Shown here: in pieces, positions 21,054 through 30,583 of the stretch
How the letters are laid out: every line of letters begins with the position of its first letter
How positions within the stretch are numbered: position 1 is the first letter of the stretch
Source: a virus
Virus record (IMG/VR): IMGVR_UViG_3300032304_002264
Span: 38,628-102,627 of that record
Reading direction: 5' to 3' (one strand)
DNA: 64,000 nucleotides
The notes under the pieces: generated by a model
Told to the model about the DNA's origin: nothing
The model's input: the letters and a program-made list of their open reading frames with translations, nothing else
Databases searched by the model: none
Made by a program: the position numbers and the translations under genes

Positions 21054-22219
21054 GTCACTTAGTAGAAGAGTATGCCAAAAATCTTGGCGTAAAAATTGGC
21101 AAGCCTGTTTTGGCGGAGCATTTTTTTCCAGTCATCCCAGATAAGTATATCACCGTATCTGTAGAGTCTCAAATTCAATCGAAACAATACAAATACTTTG
21201 ATGTGGTTTTCGACAGCATTCGCTCGACGCTACAAAAGCAGTCAATCAAAATTATTCAAATCGGCTCGTCAAAATCGCCAAAGCTTTCATCGGTTGATGA
21301 AATGATTTTTGATCTTGATTTCAAAAAACAAGCGTATATCGTTCAAAATAGCTTGTTGCATATTGGGTGCAACGACGCTCTCATGCACTACGCGAGCTTT
21401 AACCAAGTTCCCGTTGTCGCATTGTTCGGAGATTCTTATGCCGCCTGTTGCGATGGATATTGGAGTTCTCCTGAAAATAAAACAAATATCGAAGCTCCTT
21501 GGAAAGTCAAGCCAAGCTTTAACGTCGTGGATCAACACGATTCAATCAACAAAATTCTACCCGAAGACATTGCCAACGCAATTATCAAAAAATTCGCGCC
21601 AGATAAATCTATTCCGCTTAAAACTCGTTTTATTGGAGATTTTTATCATCATCCTGTTTTCGAGTTGGTTCCAGACTTCTTCGAACAAATTCCAGGAATG
21701 TCGGAAAAGCATTGGTTTATGAGACTTGATTATCTCGATTCTCATTCATATGTTGAAACGTGGTGCGAATATTTGCCGTCGTTTTCATTCTTTGCTGATA
21801 AAATGATACCCCATCAATTCATTCAGAAAGTTCGCGGCAAGCTAAAGAGCATTTCTTTTTTCGTGGATGAGCAGAGTTCCATTTCTAATGATTATCTGAA
21901 CTATATTGGCGGCTTAGGAATCGTCGTCAATTTGCTGGTGAAAGACAGCGCCACTCTTCCGAAGATTCGAGACAAGTATTTTGATTTTAATGTGCAGGTT
22001 TATGTTAGTGCGGATAAGTCTATTTTAAAAGATAAAAAAATTAATTTTAATAAATCCTCATTTCACTCGAACAAAACAATCTTATCGCGTGGTAAAAAAT
22101 ACCCAAGCACCTATCACTGGAAAAAAGATAAAAATGTTGTTGACAAAAACCTCATCATAGAAGATAATGAGCTGCTGCTAAGCGAATTAAATCATTTTTA
22201 TCTTTATGACACAAAATAA
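21050..22219 (+). CDS. GT9 (heptosyltransferase-like) glycosyltransferase
   Basis: IIQIG, LHIGCNDALMHYASFNQVPVVALFG, INKILPEDI. Confidence 0.7.
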   Translation: MSHLVEEYAKNLGVKIGKPVLAEHFFPVIPDKYITVSVESQIQSKQYKYFDVVFDSIRSTLQKQSIKIIQIGSSKSPKLSSVDEMIFDLDFKKQAYIVQNSLLHIGCNDALMHYASFNQVPVVALFGDSYAACCDGYWSSPENKTNIEAPWKVKPSFNVVDQHDSINKILPEDIANAIIKKFAPDKSIPLKTRFIGDFYHHPVFELVPDFFEQIPGMSEKHWFMRLDYLDSHSYVETWCEYLPSFSFFADKMIPHQFIQKVRGKLKSISFFVDEQSSISNDYLNYIGGLGIVVNLLVKDSATLPKIRDKYFDFNVQVYVSADKSILKDKKINFNKSSFHSNKTILSRGKKYPSTYHWKKDKNVVDKNLIIEDNELLLSELNHFYLYDTK

Positions 22220-22970
22220 AATTACAAGAGACCAAGACGGACTAATCAACGAAAAAGAATACAAGTTCACTTCAGAAGGATTTGTGGATTGGCGGGCGAT
22301 GATTGATCCTCAGTTTTTGTATCCGAACAAAGATTACTTTGAACTGCGAAAGCAGCAGATGCCCGCTTCAATTGAAGGATTGGATGACAAGCAGCTATTG
22401 ATTATGCTTGGCGGCATCAAAGAATTAGCTCGTCTTCGAGGCTTTACCAGCGTCAGCTATAAAGTCGATCATGTGTCTCCGAATTATGTTGTGGCGCACT
22501 GTTCAATTGATTGGCTGGGCAACTTTGAAACAAGCAATCAGCCCGTTCATTTTGAAGATATCGCAAACGCTACAGAAGCAAATACAGACAGTTTCTGTTT
22601 AAAGTTTTTGGAAACTATCGCGTGTAATCGAGCGTTTGTGCGTTGCGTTCGCAACTTCCTCAACATTCATATTGTCGGGGCAGATGAAATCGACAAATCC
22701 AAAAACAAGGCGGTTGATATTTCTGAGTTGATTCAATCAACGGCGATTCCTATTACTCCTCAAGGAGCTTTAGAAAAAAATGTCAACGACAAGCTGAAAA
22801 TCTTTTCGTTTGAAGACTTTAAGGCGTATCTCCGCAATATGTGGACTGTCGCTTCGGAAGCTAGCGATGAATCTACTCTAAGTCTTTTGGCAGATGCCAA
22901 GGATTGGAAGAGTTTCGCCGACGTTCCCGCGAAGACTGCTAGGGTTTTGATCAAAAAAATTAATGATTAA
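22206..22970 (+). CDS. putative Rad52/Sak-like single-strand annealing protein
   Basis: LGGIKELARLRG...ETIACNRAFVRCVRNFLNI..GADEI. Confidence 0.5.
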   Translation: MTQNKITRDQDGLINEKEYKFTSEGFVDWRAMIDPQFLYPNKDYFELRKQQMPASIEGLDDKQLLIMLGGIKELARLRGFTSVSYKVDHVSPNYVVAHCSIDWLGNFETSNQPVHFEDIANATEANTDSFCLKFLETIACNRAFVRCVRNFLNIHIVGADEIDKSKNKAVDISELIQSTAIPITPQGALEKNVNDKLKIFSFEDFKAYLRNMWTVASEASDESTLSLLADAKDWKSFADVPAKTARVLIKKIND

Positions 22971-23418
22971 ACGGATTTCCAATCCCGCAGAGTTCGAAAA
23001 GCTTATCGACGACATGTATGAGCTTTTCGAACAGCATGATTCTCATGAAGGACACGCCTTGTTAGCTCATAGTCCAGAGACTATCAAGGCGAACTTCGCA
23101 CATCCATCTATTTTGGCGTGGGACTTTTTGGTGTGGGGCAATTATACAAACGGAAAATTCGACGCTATGATCGCTTTTCAAAAAGTTAGATGCCCGAAAT
23201 TTAATCAACAAATAATTCACGAATTCCTCTGGTTGTCCAAGAATCCTGCGGCGGGATATAAACTGTTTAAGGCGGCGATTGCCGCTGCTAGAAAAATGGG
23301 TTGCAAATACATCTCAATGTCCACAGTTGTCAACAATCCTTCTCATGAAAAATTAAAATCATTCTACAAAAAAATGGGATTCCTTAAAGATTCCGAAACA
23401 TACATTAGTAAATTATGA
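22963..23418 (+). CDS. GNAT acetyltransferase
   Basis: GYKLFKAAIAAARKMGC...FYKKMGF. Confidence 0.7.
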   Translation: MIKRISNPAEFEKLIDDMYELFEQHDSHEGHALLAHSPETIKANFAHPSILAWDFLVWGNYTNGKFDAMIAFQKVRCPKFNQQIIHEFLWLSKNPAAGYKLFKAAIAAARKMGCKYISMSTVVNNPSHEKLKSFYKKMGFLKDSETYISKL

Positions 23419-23573
23419 ATAATAAAAAAGCAAAAAAACTGAGAAAAATACTCAGCCCCGAAAACCCGATTTCTAAACGAGCATATCGTAGAGCCAAGAG
23501 AATCTACTCTCGCCTTCCAGAAGAGAGCAAGGTGGACTTCTTGATGGGATTAGAAGCGATGGTCGCGAATTAG
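23415..23573 (+). CDS. small basic protein (52 aa)
   Basis: ATGA overlap with GNAT gene; MNNKKAKKLRKILSPENP... Confidence 0.5.
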   Translation: MNNKKAKKLRKILSPENPISKRAYRRAKRIYSRLPEESKVDFLMGLEAMVAN

Positions 23574-25513
23574 ATCATAGTAGCTTGCAACTTGTATGAG
23601 TAGTCGGCGTAGCCGCTTCCACTTGCAAATAAGCCGCACTGCCCGCTTGAAAAACCCGTAAGTCGATACTGTGTAGTGGTATCGTTTACGGATTCTTTTG
23701 TTAAATCGAAACCCGTTGTATTGACAACGCCTTTCAACTCGGAAAGTCTTCTTTGTCCGCTGCCAGAGACTTCTATAAAATATTTTACTGAAGTGAATTG
23801 TCCAGATGAGAACTGGTGCAATATGCCTGTGTTGCTTAAAAATCTTCCTGTTTTATAGACAGTCTGACCAAAAGAGTTGCCATCGTATAAATTTAAGGCG
23901 CTAGAATTAGTTTCGGAGAAAACAATAATGTTTTCGACAGTAACAAACGTAGCAGGTCCAAACGTGAATGAGCTTCCAGAGCCTAGCGTTCCGTAGGGAA
24001 CGACCGTGAAGTAGTGTGGAACGTCTTGAGCCAACGTCCCCCTGTTGATTGTGAGGGAGCGAGCGTTTACAACGTCTGCTGCGCTTTGAGAGAACAAGTA
24101 GCCTTCTTGAGCGAATGGATTTAAATAGGTTAATTCGTTCACTGCTGAACCGCTGCCAGTCAAAGCGTAAACATCATACCGATCCATTTGTGTGAAGTTC
24201 AAATCGTTCTGCAATACAATCTCGGCGTTAATCAACTCTGTGGCTTGCGCCGCTCCAGAGAATTCTGTATAATCTGGCACAATGTCCAAAATATTCGGCA
24301 CGTTGCCATAGACATAAAACTCTCCCGTAAAAATAGAACCATCGAAAGTATTTGGCAGCTTGCACCTTACTCCGAAGTCTTTTTGGTAAGATCCAAAAAC
24401 ATTTTCATTATCTAAAGCTGAAAAGGCTAGCGAGCGAGAGTATTTTCCAGTGAAGAAGTTTTCGGAAGCAGTCGTTCCATTTGCATTTAAAATATCGAAT
24501 ACGCATCCGCTAATTAGGGGGTTTTCTAAAAATTGTTGATTAGAAGAAACCGCGTTAAGCTGTTGATCTAAAATGTCAAAGAAAAGTGTGACATCTTTTT
24601 TCAAATGAACGCCGCTTCCTATGAATACTTGATTTAAGTTACCAGTGTCAACATTAAAGACGGGGTAAATTTCAAACAATGGAACTGATAGTCCCGTAGG
24701 ATAGTTTAAATAAAAATTTGATGGCGCTGTCGTCTGGAAATTATTTATGTTAAAATTTGTGGCAGTGTCGTTGGTGAGTTCAGTATACAGTCTAATGCTT
24801 AATTCGTAAGGCGTTTCAGAGACATTAGTATAACTGTAACCGCTTTCGAACGAAGAAGATTCGCTATCGTCTATGCCACCCACAAATACATTATCAATCT
24901 GAAGATTCGATATATTATATCCGTCACCTGCAACTACGGTAGTTATGACATAATCGAATGTAACGCTTTCTTCTGGCAGAAGCGTTACGAAAGTCTCGAC
25001 TGATAACTCCTGCTCTTCCAATCCATAATAAGAAGGCGCTCCTTGAATTATGCTTATCTCAAATCCATCATTGGTTATACTTACTGGGTCTTCCTCTTCA
25101 TCAGATCCAGGACCATAAAATATTGACCAATCCAGCTTCGGCCTCGAATTAATAGAAATCGCACCCCCCCATCCAGGCGTATTATACTTAATCAATGTAG
25201 AACCGCTAATCTGATATAAATCAATTTCAGAGGTGATTAAGCCGCTCTCAACGCTAGGACCAACAAAGGAAAGTTCATTAATTCCAGTGTTTAACAAAAG
25301 ATCGCTAAAATAATATGTCGGCAAAGGAACTCCCCCAGTAATCGGGAAAGCCAATGAATTGTTGTTTGATCCAATCAAATACGCTCCATCACCAATCCCC
25401 GAACCTGTAGAGCTGCCCACATATGCATTATTAAGTAAAATATCGTATAAGCCGCTACTTGCGTTTTGATTTCTTATCTCAATGCCAACTACTTTATTTG
25501 AATATGAAAACAT
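23570..25513 (-). CDS. virion structural protein of the tail-tip region
   Basis: S/T/G-rich beta protein directly after the J-like gene. Confidence 0.65.
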   Translation of the reverse strand: MFSYSNKVVGIEIRNQNASSGLYDILLNNAYVGSSTGSGIGDGAYLIGSNNNSLAFPITGGVPLPTYYFSDLLLNTGINELSFVGPSVESGLITSEIDLYQISGSTLIKYNTPGWGGAISINSRPKLDWSIFYGPGSDEEEDPVSITNDGFEISIIQGAPSYYGLEEQELSVETFVTLLPEESVTFDYVITTVVAGDGYNISNLQIDNVFVGGIDDSESSSFESGYSYTNVSETPYELSIRLYTELTNDTATNFNINNFQTTAPSNFYLNYPTGLSVPLFEIYPVFNVDTGNLNQVFIGSGVHLKKDVTLFFDILDQQLNAVSSNQQFLENPLISGCVFDILNANGTTASENFFTGKYSRSLAFSALDNENVFGSYQKDFGVRCKLPNTFDGSIFTGEFYVYGNVPNILDIVPDYTEFSGAAQATELINAEIVLQNDLNFTQMDRYDVYALTGSGSAVNELTYLNPFAQEGYLFSQSAADVVNARSLTINRGTLAQDVPHYFTVVPYGTLGSGSSFTFGPATFVTVENIIVFSETNSSALNLYDGNSFGQTVYKTGRFLSNTGILHQFSSGQFTSVKYFIEVSGSGQRRLSELKGVVNTTGFDLTKESVNDTTTQYRLTGFSSGQCGLFASGSGYADYSYKLQATMI

Positions 25514-25516
25514 AAA

Positions 25517-28500
25517 TTATTCGATAGAAAAACCAACAACCGCTGGTTTGGTGATTGTTGTAGTGTCCGCGCCAGAGTATGCTACGAACGTCCCCGTGCT
25601 TCCCGCTGACGAGTTTATATTTGGAGACTTCGCCAGCGCTGTAACAGATAGGTTCCAATTTCCGATATTAGTCAATCCAGTGAATTGAACTCCTGTTTGA
25701 TTGACAGTAATAGACTCAAAGTATCCCGCCAAAGAGTTGCTAAGGGAAGCTCTAAAGCCTGTTGCGTTGACACCGCTTGTCCATCTTCCAGTGAGCTTGA
25801 AGCCCGCAGACGTTTGATCAAATCCAGAAAAAGTTACTATTTGCGGCGTAGCAACCTGCTTAACTTGGACATTGCCGACCGTAACGATTCCAGTATAATA
25901 AGTGTTTTCGAGAAAGTCTTGAGTAATAGACTTTTCAATTGTTTCGAACTTTCCAGTGTCGTATCGCGAAGCTGTTATGTTGTATTCGTTTTGAGAGTTT
26001 TCGCGAATAGAAACGATTTTGTAAATTTGATCCGAGGCGGCTGTGCGCTCTATTCTATATACACTTCCCGCTTTTACTGCTGGTAAAAATGCTACATTTG
26101 GATCGTTCTGATTCAAGTATATAAAGCTTCCATAATCAATGGTATTATCGTAACCAGTTAACGACATTTTTGTAATTTGCGAAATGTTGTAAGTGTCAAT
26201 TTCTGCATCTAAAATACCTTTTGTCGGTGGGTATAAATTAGCATTCCAATTGATAGCTCCAGAGATTTGTCCACTTGGAGATCCTCTTTTATTAGATGCC
26301 GCCGAGTCGTAAGTAAATCCAGTATAGTTGCCGCTGTTTCCACTATCAACAATTGCCAAAGGAGAAATATCTGCGCCATAAAACACACCAGTATTGGTGA
26401 TTATTTTATCGTATGTATTATTATTTTGGAATGCCAATCCAGTAGCGAAAACAAATCCAGTAGCGCCCGTGTTGTAATAGCAAAACAGTTTTTGCCCCAC
26501 TGATCCAGTTCCCGTATATAGCGGAAATTGAGACGGATAGCTTGAATTATTGAATCCAGAAGTATAACCAGAAAATTTATATAAGCCGCTGAGAGAAGTG
26601 CCGAATGAGCCAAAAGAGGGATTGGTAATGGAAAATTGTTGAACTCTTGTTCTATTTATTTGAGCGACATCTTCTAATTCTTCGTTTGTCGAATAACCTG
26701 TCGGCGAATAGACGGTAATGAATCCCGTGTATTCGCCACTAATAAATTGATTGTCGATTCTTAGTTTTTTATTCACTGCATCGACCTCTAATATTCTTCC
26801 GTAATTAGAAGCTCGCGTTTTCATTTCGTCTTCGACGATGATTAAATCTCCTGGACGACACAATAAAGATTCTAGCCCAGCATCAAATGACACTGTTTGG
26901 TTTTCTTTTGTGGTTTGATAAATAATGTGCTGACCAATGCGACGAGACATAGCTCTTGAAGTTACGCCTAATGTATTGATTGTGGTTTTAAATACACCTC
27001 TTTTGCGAATATCCTGCTCATCTTGCACATATTCCACTTTTGTTTTATAGTTGTCGAAGCGATCCAAGTATACAACTTCTACAGTATTGAACTGCAAGTC
27101 TCTGCGCACGTTGCCGTAGTTAAATATTCCTTCCTTTGTATTTGAATTATTAAATAAAGCTATTGGCGTTCTGGGCCTGTCATCTAGGAAATGAATTTCT
27201 GAACCGCCGAAAAAGACTATGCCGCGAAACAAATTAGCAATAACATTGATTGCGTCATAAACTTTCGTTAGTTCTTTGAACATAATGTTGCAAGAGAATC
27301 TAGGCTCCAAACCTCCGAATCCATTGCTAACGCCAACGAAATACCCCTCTTCATCAACTGCATCGCAGAATCTAGCGATTTTGTAAAGCTCCCATTTGTT
27401 TACTTGAGACTCGTCGATATAAGCTCCTAAACCGTAACGCTTGCTTGTAAGCAAATCATATAATATCCACGCTGGATTGTCTGTCCAACCGAAAGTGAAT
27501 GTTCCATCCCAGTCTCCTATGTATATTTGTTTTTTGGTAGTATAGTTTGTTGCGCTGCTGACATATCGAATATCGAGAGAAGATGCGGGGTCTTGAGTTC
27601 TGTAATTAGAAGGTATTTGGACTTTTTTTAATTTACAATCGTAACTTCTCTCAGGAACAGAGCCGAAACTTCTAGCGTCGAGTTTGACTCCAGCAATTGC
27701 TGAAAATGGATAAGAAAATCTCTGATCAATTATTTCGGTCACTTTCGCGAGAGCGATATCTTTGTTGATTAATACAGAGTTTGTTTCGGCGGATAATTTA
27801 ACAATTTTAATATATCTTTTAGTAGAAGAAGGCTCTTCGCCGTCAACAAGAGCGGGTAGAATAAAAGGCTGAGTCAGCGGAGCGTCTTTTAAGTTATCGC
27901 CATCAATGAATTTGACAGAATCTTTTAATAAATTTTCCGCTTCACTATAATCTGAGCCGAAATCAATAATACATGACCCCTCAATTAACCCAGCAATAGA
28001 ATAGGTGTAGAATTGTTGCTCTAATTTCTGACCGTTAGTTATTTTTCCAGTTTCGATTCTTACCGCAACAATAGAAGGAACTTTGGAGCCAGCTTGGAGC
28101 TTTCCGATAGTGCCGCCCAAATTTGTATCAATTTCCGTAGTGTCGCTTAAAGAGTTTACAGCAATAGAAACGGACACTTTGTCTACAAAAGGATTCTCAA
28201 TAGTGTGCGTGACAGATAAAGATTCGTAATCTCTTTTTTCATTTTCATCATTCCAATTTGAGTAATTGTCGCTAGTTCTCGCATCTACAGAGCCTTCAGA
28301 TCCTTGGGTTAACTGTGATTGAGCAATGGTTAAAGACATATTCCCAATTCCATTCGCAAATTTGCTGTCTAATATAATTCTCTGAATATTTTTCTGTTTA
28401 TCGAATGGTCCATATAGTCGAGAGTCATATAGGTAGTCGTTAAAAACTTTATCAAAGTTATTCAAAGACCGCTGATATTCTTCACCGTTTTTAAATTGAC

Positions 28501-29554
28501 AAGATACATTAGAAAAGTTAAATAAACCATTTGCTCCATCAGATATGCTTAAGCTCTCCGATGCTTGTAATTTGATATCCAAGCTATTTAAAGATTTCAA
28601 TAAAGATTGAGGAATATAATATTCGGTAGAGTTCTTGGGCCTCACTACAATCAGCGGCACATATAAAACCATCATGCCTCTCAGAGATCCCGTGAAATTA
28701 CCGTTAGAAATTTCTGGCTGAATAAATGTAGACGCAGATTCATTTAGTGCGCCACTTACAAAAAATTTCATTTTATTATTGTAAGGAATATTATTAAGGC
28801 TGCTCATGGCGACTTGCCCCAAATCAATAATAATGAAAGAACATGCCAAACTTCCGACTGGAACCAGAGGAGGATACCGAGATTCCCTCATTAGTGTTTT
28901 GATTTTTTCCAGCTTTTTGATATTTTCATCCGCAAATTTTTTGGATATTGAATCTCCATTATTGGAGAGGTTTTTTACATGAGCTTCAAATGAGGTAAAA
29001 ATTGGAGATTGGTTGTCGGGCGGTGAGGCGCTATGTATTTCTATTTTGCCGTCAGATATTTTCCAATAAGTAGGGATCTTAAGCGCGTTTAAAAAAATAT
29101 CTCCAATCCTAATAGATTGCAAGAATGGAGCATACTTGGCAATTTGAAGCGGGCCAAAATTTAATGATAAAATCAATAAGTTTTGTTTACCATCAATCGT
29201 TTTAAAATTCCCATTCTCATCCATCCAAACCCGTGCGATGGGATTGACTTTTTCCGCTATAGACACGCTGCCATATATGGCGGAGGAGGCGGGATCATTT
29301 AATTGTTCGGTATTTTGTATCGGCGTATTGTCTAAATAAACGCCCTTGAAAACTTCATCGCTTAGTAATTGGCCGTTTTGGTCAACCAATCCCTCAATAG
29401 GCCCATCAGATATCAAATCGACAATTTCTGCAACGCTAAAAGAGGAAACAGATTTGAATCCCCCTAGTTTCGGCGGTCTCAAAATCGCTGGTTGCGGCTT
29501 GGGCTTGTCTTTACCAGACCCTCTAATTGATTGTTTTTTATTGAGATGCTTCAT
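25517..29554 (-). CDS. tail tip / host specificity protein J (TipJ)
   Basis: DLISDGPIEGL, WTDNPAWILYDLLT..RYGLG, EPRFSCN, PGDLI. Confidence 0.93.
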   Translation of the reverse strand: MKHLNKKQSIRGSGKDKPKPQPAILRPPKLGGFKSVSSFSVAEIVDLISDGPIEGLVDQNGQLLSDEVFKGVYLDNTPIQNTEQLNDPASSAIYGSVSIAEKVNPIARVWMDENGNFKTIDGKQNLLILSLNFGPLQIAKYAPFLQSIRIGDIFLNALKIPTYWKISDGKIEIHSASPPDNQSPIFTSFEAHVKNLSNNGDSISKKFADENIKKLEKIKTLMRESRYPPLVPVGSLACSFIIIDLGQVAMSSLNNIPYNNKMKFFVSGALNESASTFIQPEISNGNFTGSLRGMMVLYVPLIVVRPKNSTEYYIPQSLLKSLNSLDIKLQASESLSISDGANGLFNFSNVSCQFKNGEEYQRSLNNFDKVFNDYLYDSRLYGPFDKQKNIQRIILDSKFANGIGNMSLTIAQSQLTQGSEGSVDARTSDNYSNWNDENEKRDYESLSVTHTIENPFVDKVSVSIAVNSLSDTTEIDTNLGGTIGKLQAGSKVPSIVAVRIETGKITNGQKLEQQFYTYSIAGLIEGSCIIDFGSDYSEAENLLKDSVKFIDGDNLKDAPLTQPFILPALVDGEEPSSTKRYIKIVKLSAETNSVLINKDIALAKVTEIIDQRFSYPFSAIAGVKLDARSFGSVPERSYDCKLKKVQIPSNYRTQDPASSLDIRYVSSATNYTTKKQIYIGDWDGTFTFGWTDNPAWILYDLLTSKRYGLGAYIDESQVNKWELYKIARFCDAVDEEGYFVGVSNGFGGLEPRFSCNIMFKELTKVYDAINVIANLFRGIVFFGGSEIHFLDDRPRTPIALFNNSNTKEGIFNYGNVRRDLQFNTVEVVYLDRFDNYKTKVEYVQDEQDIRKRGVFKTTINTLGVTSRAMSRRIGQHIIYQTTKENQTVSFDAGLESLLCRPGDLIIVEDEMKTRASNYGRILEVDAVNKKLRIDNQFISGEYTGFITVYSPTGYSTNEELEDVAQINRTRVQQFSITNPSFGSFGTSLSGLYKFSGYTSGFNNSSYPSQFPLYTGTGSVGQKLFCYYNTGATGFVFATGLAFQNNNTYDKIITNTGVFYGADISPLAIVDSGNSGNYTGFTYDSAASNKRGSPSGQISGAINWNANLYPPTKGILDAEIDTYNISQITKMSLTGYDNTIDYGSFIYLNQNDPNVAFLPAVKAGSVYRIERTAASDQIYKIVSIRENSQNEYNITASRYDTGKFETIEKSITQDFLENTYYTGIVTVGNVQVKQVATPQIVTFSGFDQTSAGFKLTGRWTSGVNATGFRASLSNSLAGYFESITVNQTGVQFTGLTNIGNWNLSVTALAKSPNINSSAGSTGTFVAYSGADTTTITKPAVVGFSIE

Positions 29555-29555
29555 T

Positions 29556-30182
29556 TTACAATCTGTTGTTATTTAGAGATTGACCGTCTGATTTCAAAGC
29601 AATTTCTTTTTCAAATCCTTGCGGATATGATTTAATGGTAGATTGTATAACTGCCGAACCTACTCGCAATCTACCGTATCCCACGGGAACGGGAATACCC
29701 TGTTCTGCGACGTTGGCTTTAGAAGAAAAAAGAAAAGATTGTTTCGCGGAGTTAACTACGGATTCGGGTCTCTGCATTTCGGGTTTTGGAGCCAACATCA
29801 TTTGGATACCCATGGTAGCAACACCGATAATCACAGCATTGATCGCTGTCGCAGTAAATGCCGCGAGTCCACCCGCAGCCACTGAGCCCGCACCAAAAAT
29901 TACACCTGCTATAGCGGCTCCTCCAGCGCCAATAATCAAAGGAACTAAATGAATTTCCTGTGATTCTTTTTGTATGTTTAATTCTTGTAATTCAGTAATT
30001 TTTTTGCCGTCCACAAGCAGAGCAAAATGAATGCCTTGGTTAGCTAATTCTGCTATTCTATTGCGAAAATTGCTATGAGCGCACGAAATAGCGTCGAAAA
30101 CCTCTTTGGGGCGTTTAATTGCGAGGCTAAAGTTTTTTCTAAACTCTTTTGCCAATATTCCATGTAGTATTACTTGCGTCAT
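29556..30182 (-). CDS. tail assembly protein I-like
   Basis: ILHGILAKEF, IHLVPLIIGAG, QGIPVPVGYGRLRVGS. Confidence 0.9.
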   Translation of the reverse strand: MTQVILHGILAKEFRKNFSLAIKRPKEVFDAISCAHSNFRNRIAELANQGIHFALLVDGKKITELQELNIQKESQEIHLVPLIIGAGGAAIAGVIFGAGSVAAGGLAAFTATAINAVIIGVATMGIQMMLAPKPEMQRPESVVNSAKQSFLFSSKANVAEQGIPVPVGYGRLRVGSAVIQSTIKSYPQGFEKEIALKSDGQSLNNNRL

Positions 30183-30583
30183 TCAAAATGCTCCTTTAAC
30201 CTTGTAAATGCTTTTACATTCAATTCAGAATGGCTGGGCTCATAAATATGAAATTTTTTAGTATTAAGAGAGTAAATAACAAAAGGAATGCAACAAGCCT
30301 CGGCCATTTTAACGTCAAATTCAGAAGGAGTTTCATCTCCTACAATATGGCTATGAAAAACGGCGAGCATATCATTATTTTCGGCAAACATCAAATAAGA
30401 AACTGGATTAATAGCAAAAAAATTCTTGGGATCAACAGCATCGTTCTTTTCAACTGTAGCGACGTATTCAGAGCCATCATATCCGATAAATCCGCAGACT
30501 TCTTGAGACGCTTGTTCGTTGCAAGAGTTAACTATAAAGTCGCGTATTTTAGAGATCGTTTTGTTTTTTATTTCTTTAGCCAT
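30179..30583 (-). CDS. tail protein K-like, JAB/MPN domain only
   Basis: EVCGFI, FHSH....PSEFD. Confidence 0.85.
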   Translation of the reverse strand: MAKEIKNKTISKIRDFIVNSCNEQASQEVCGFIGYDGSEYVATVEKNDAVDPKNFFAINPVSYLMFAENNDMLAVFHSHIVGDETPSEFDVKMAEACCIPFVIYSLNTKKFHIYEPSHSELNVKAFTRLKEHFE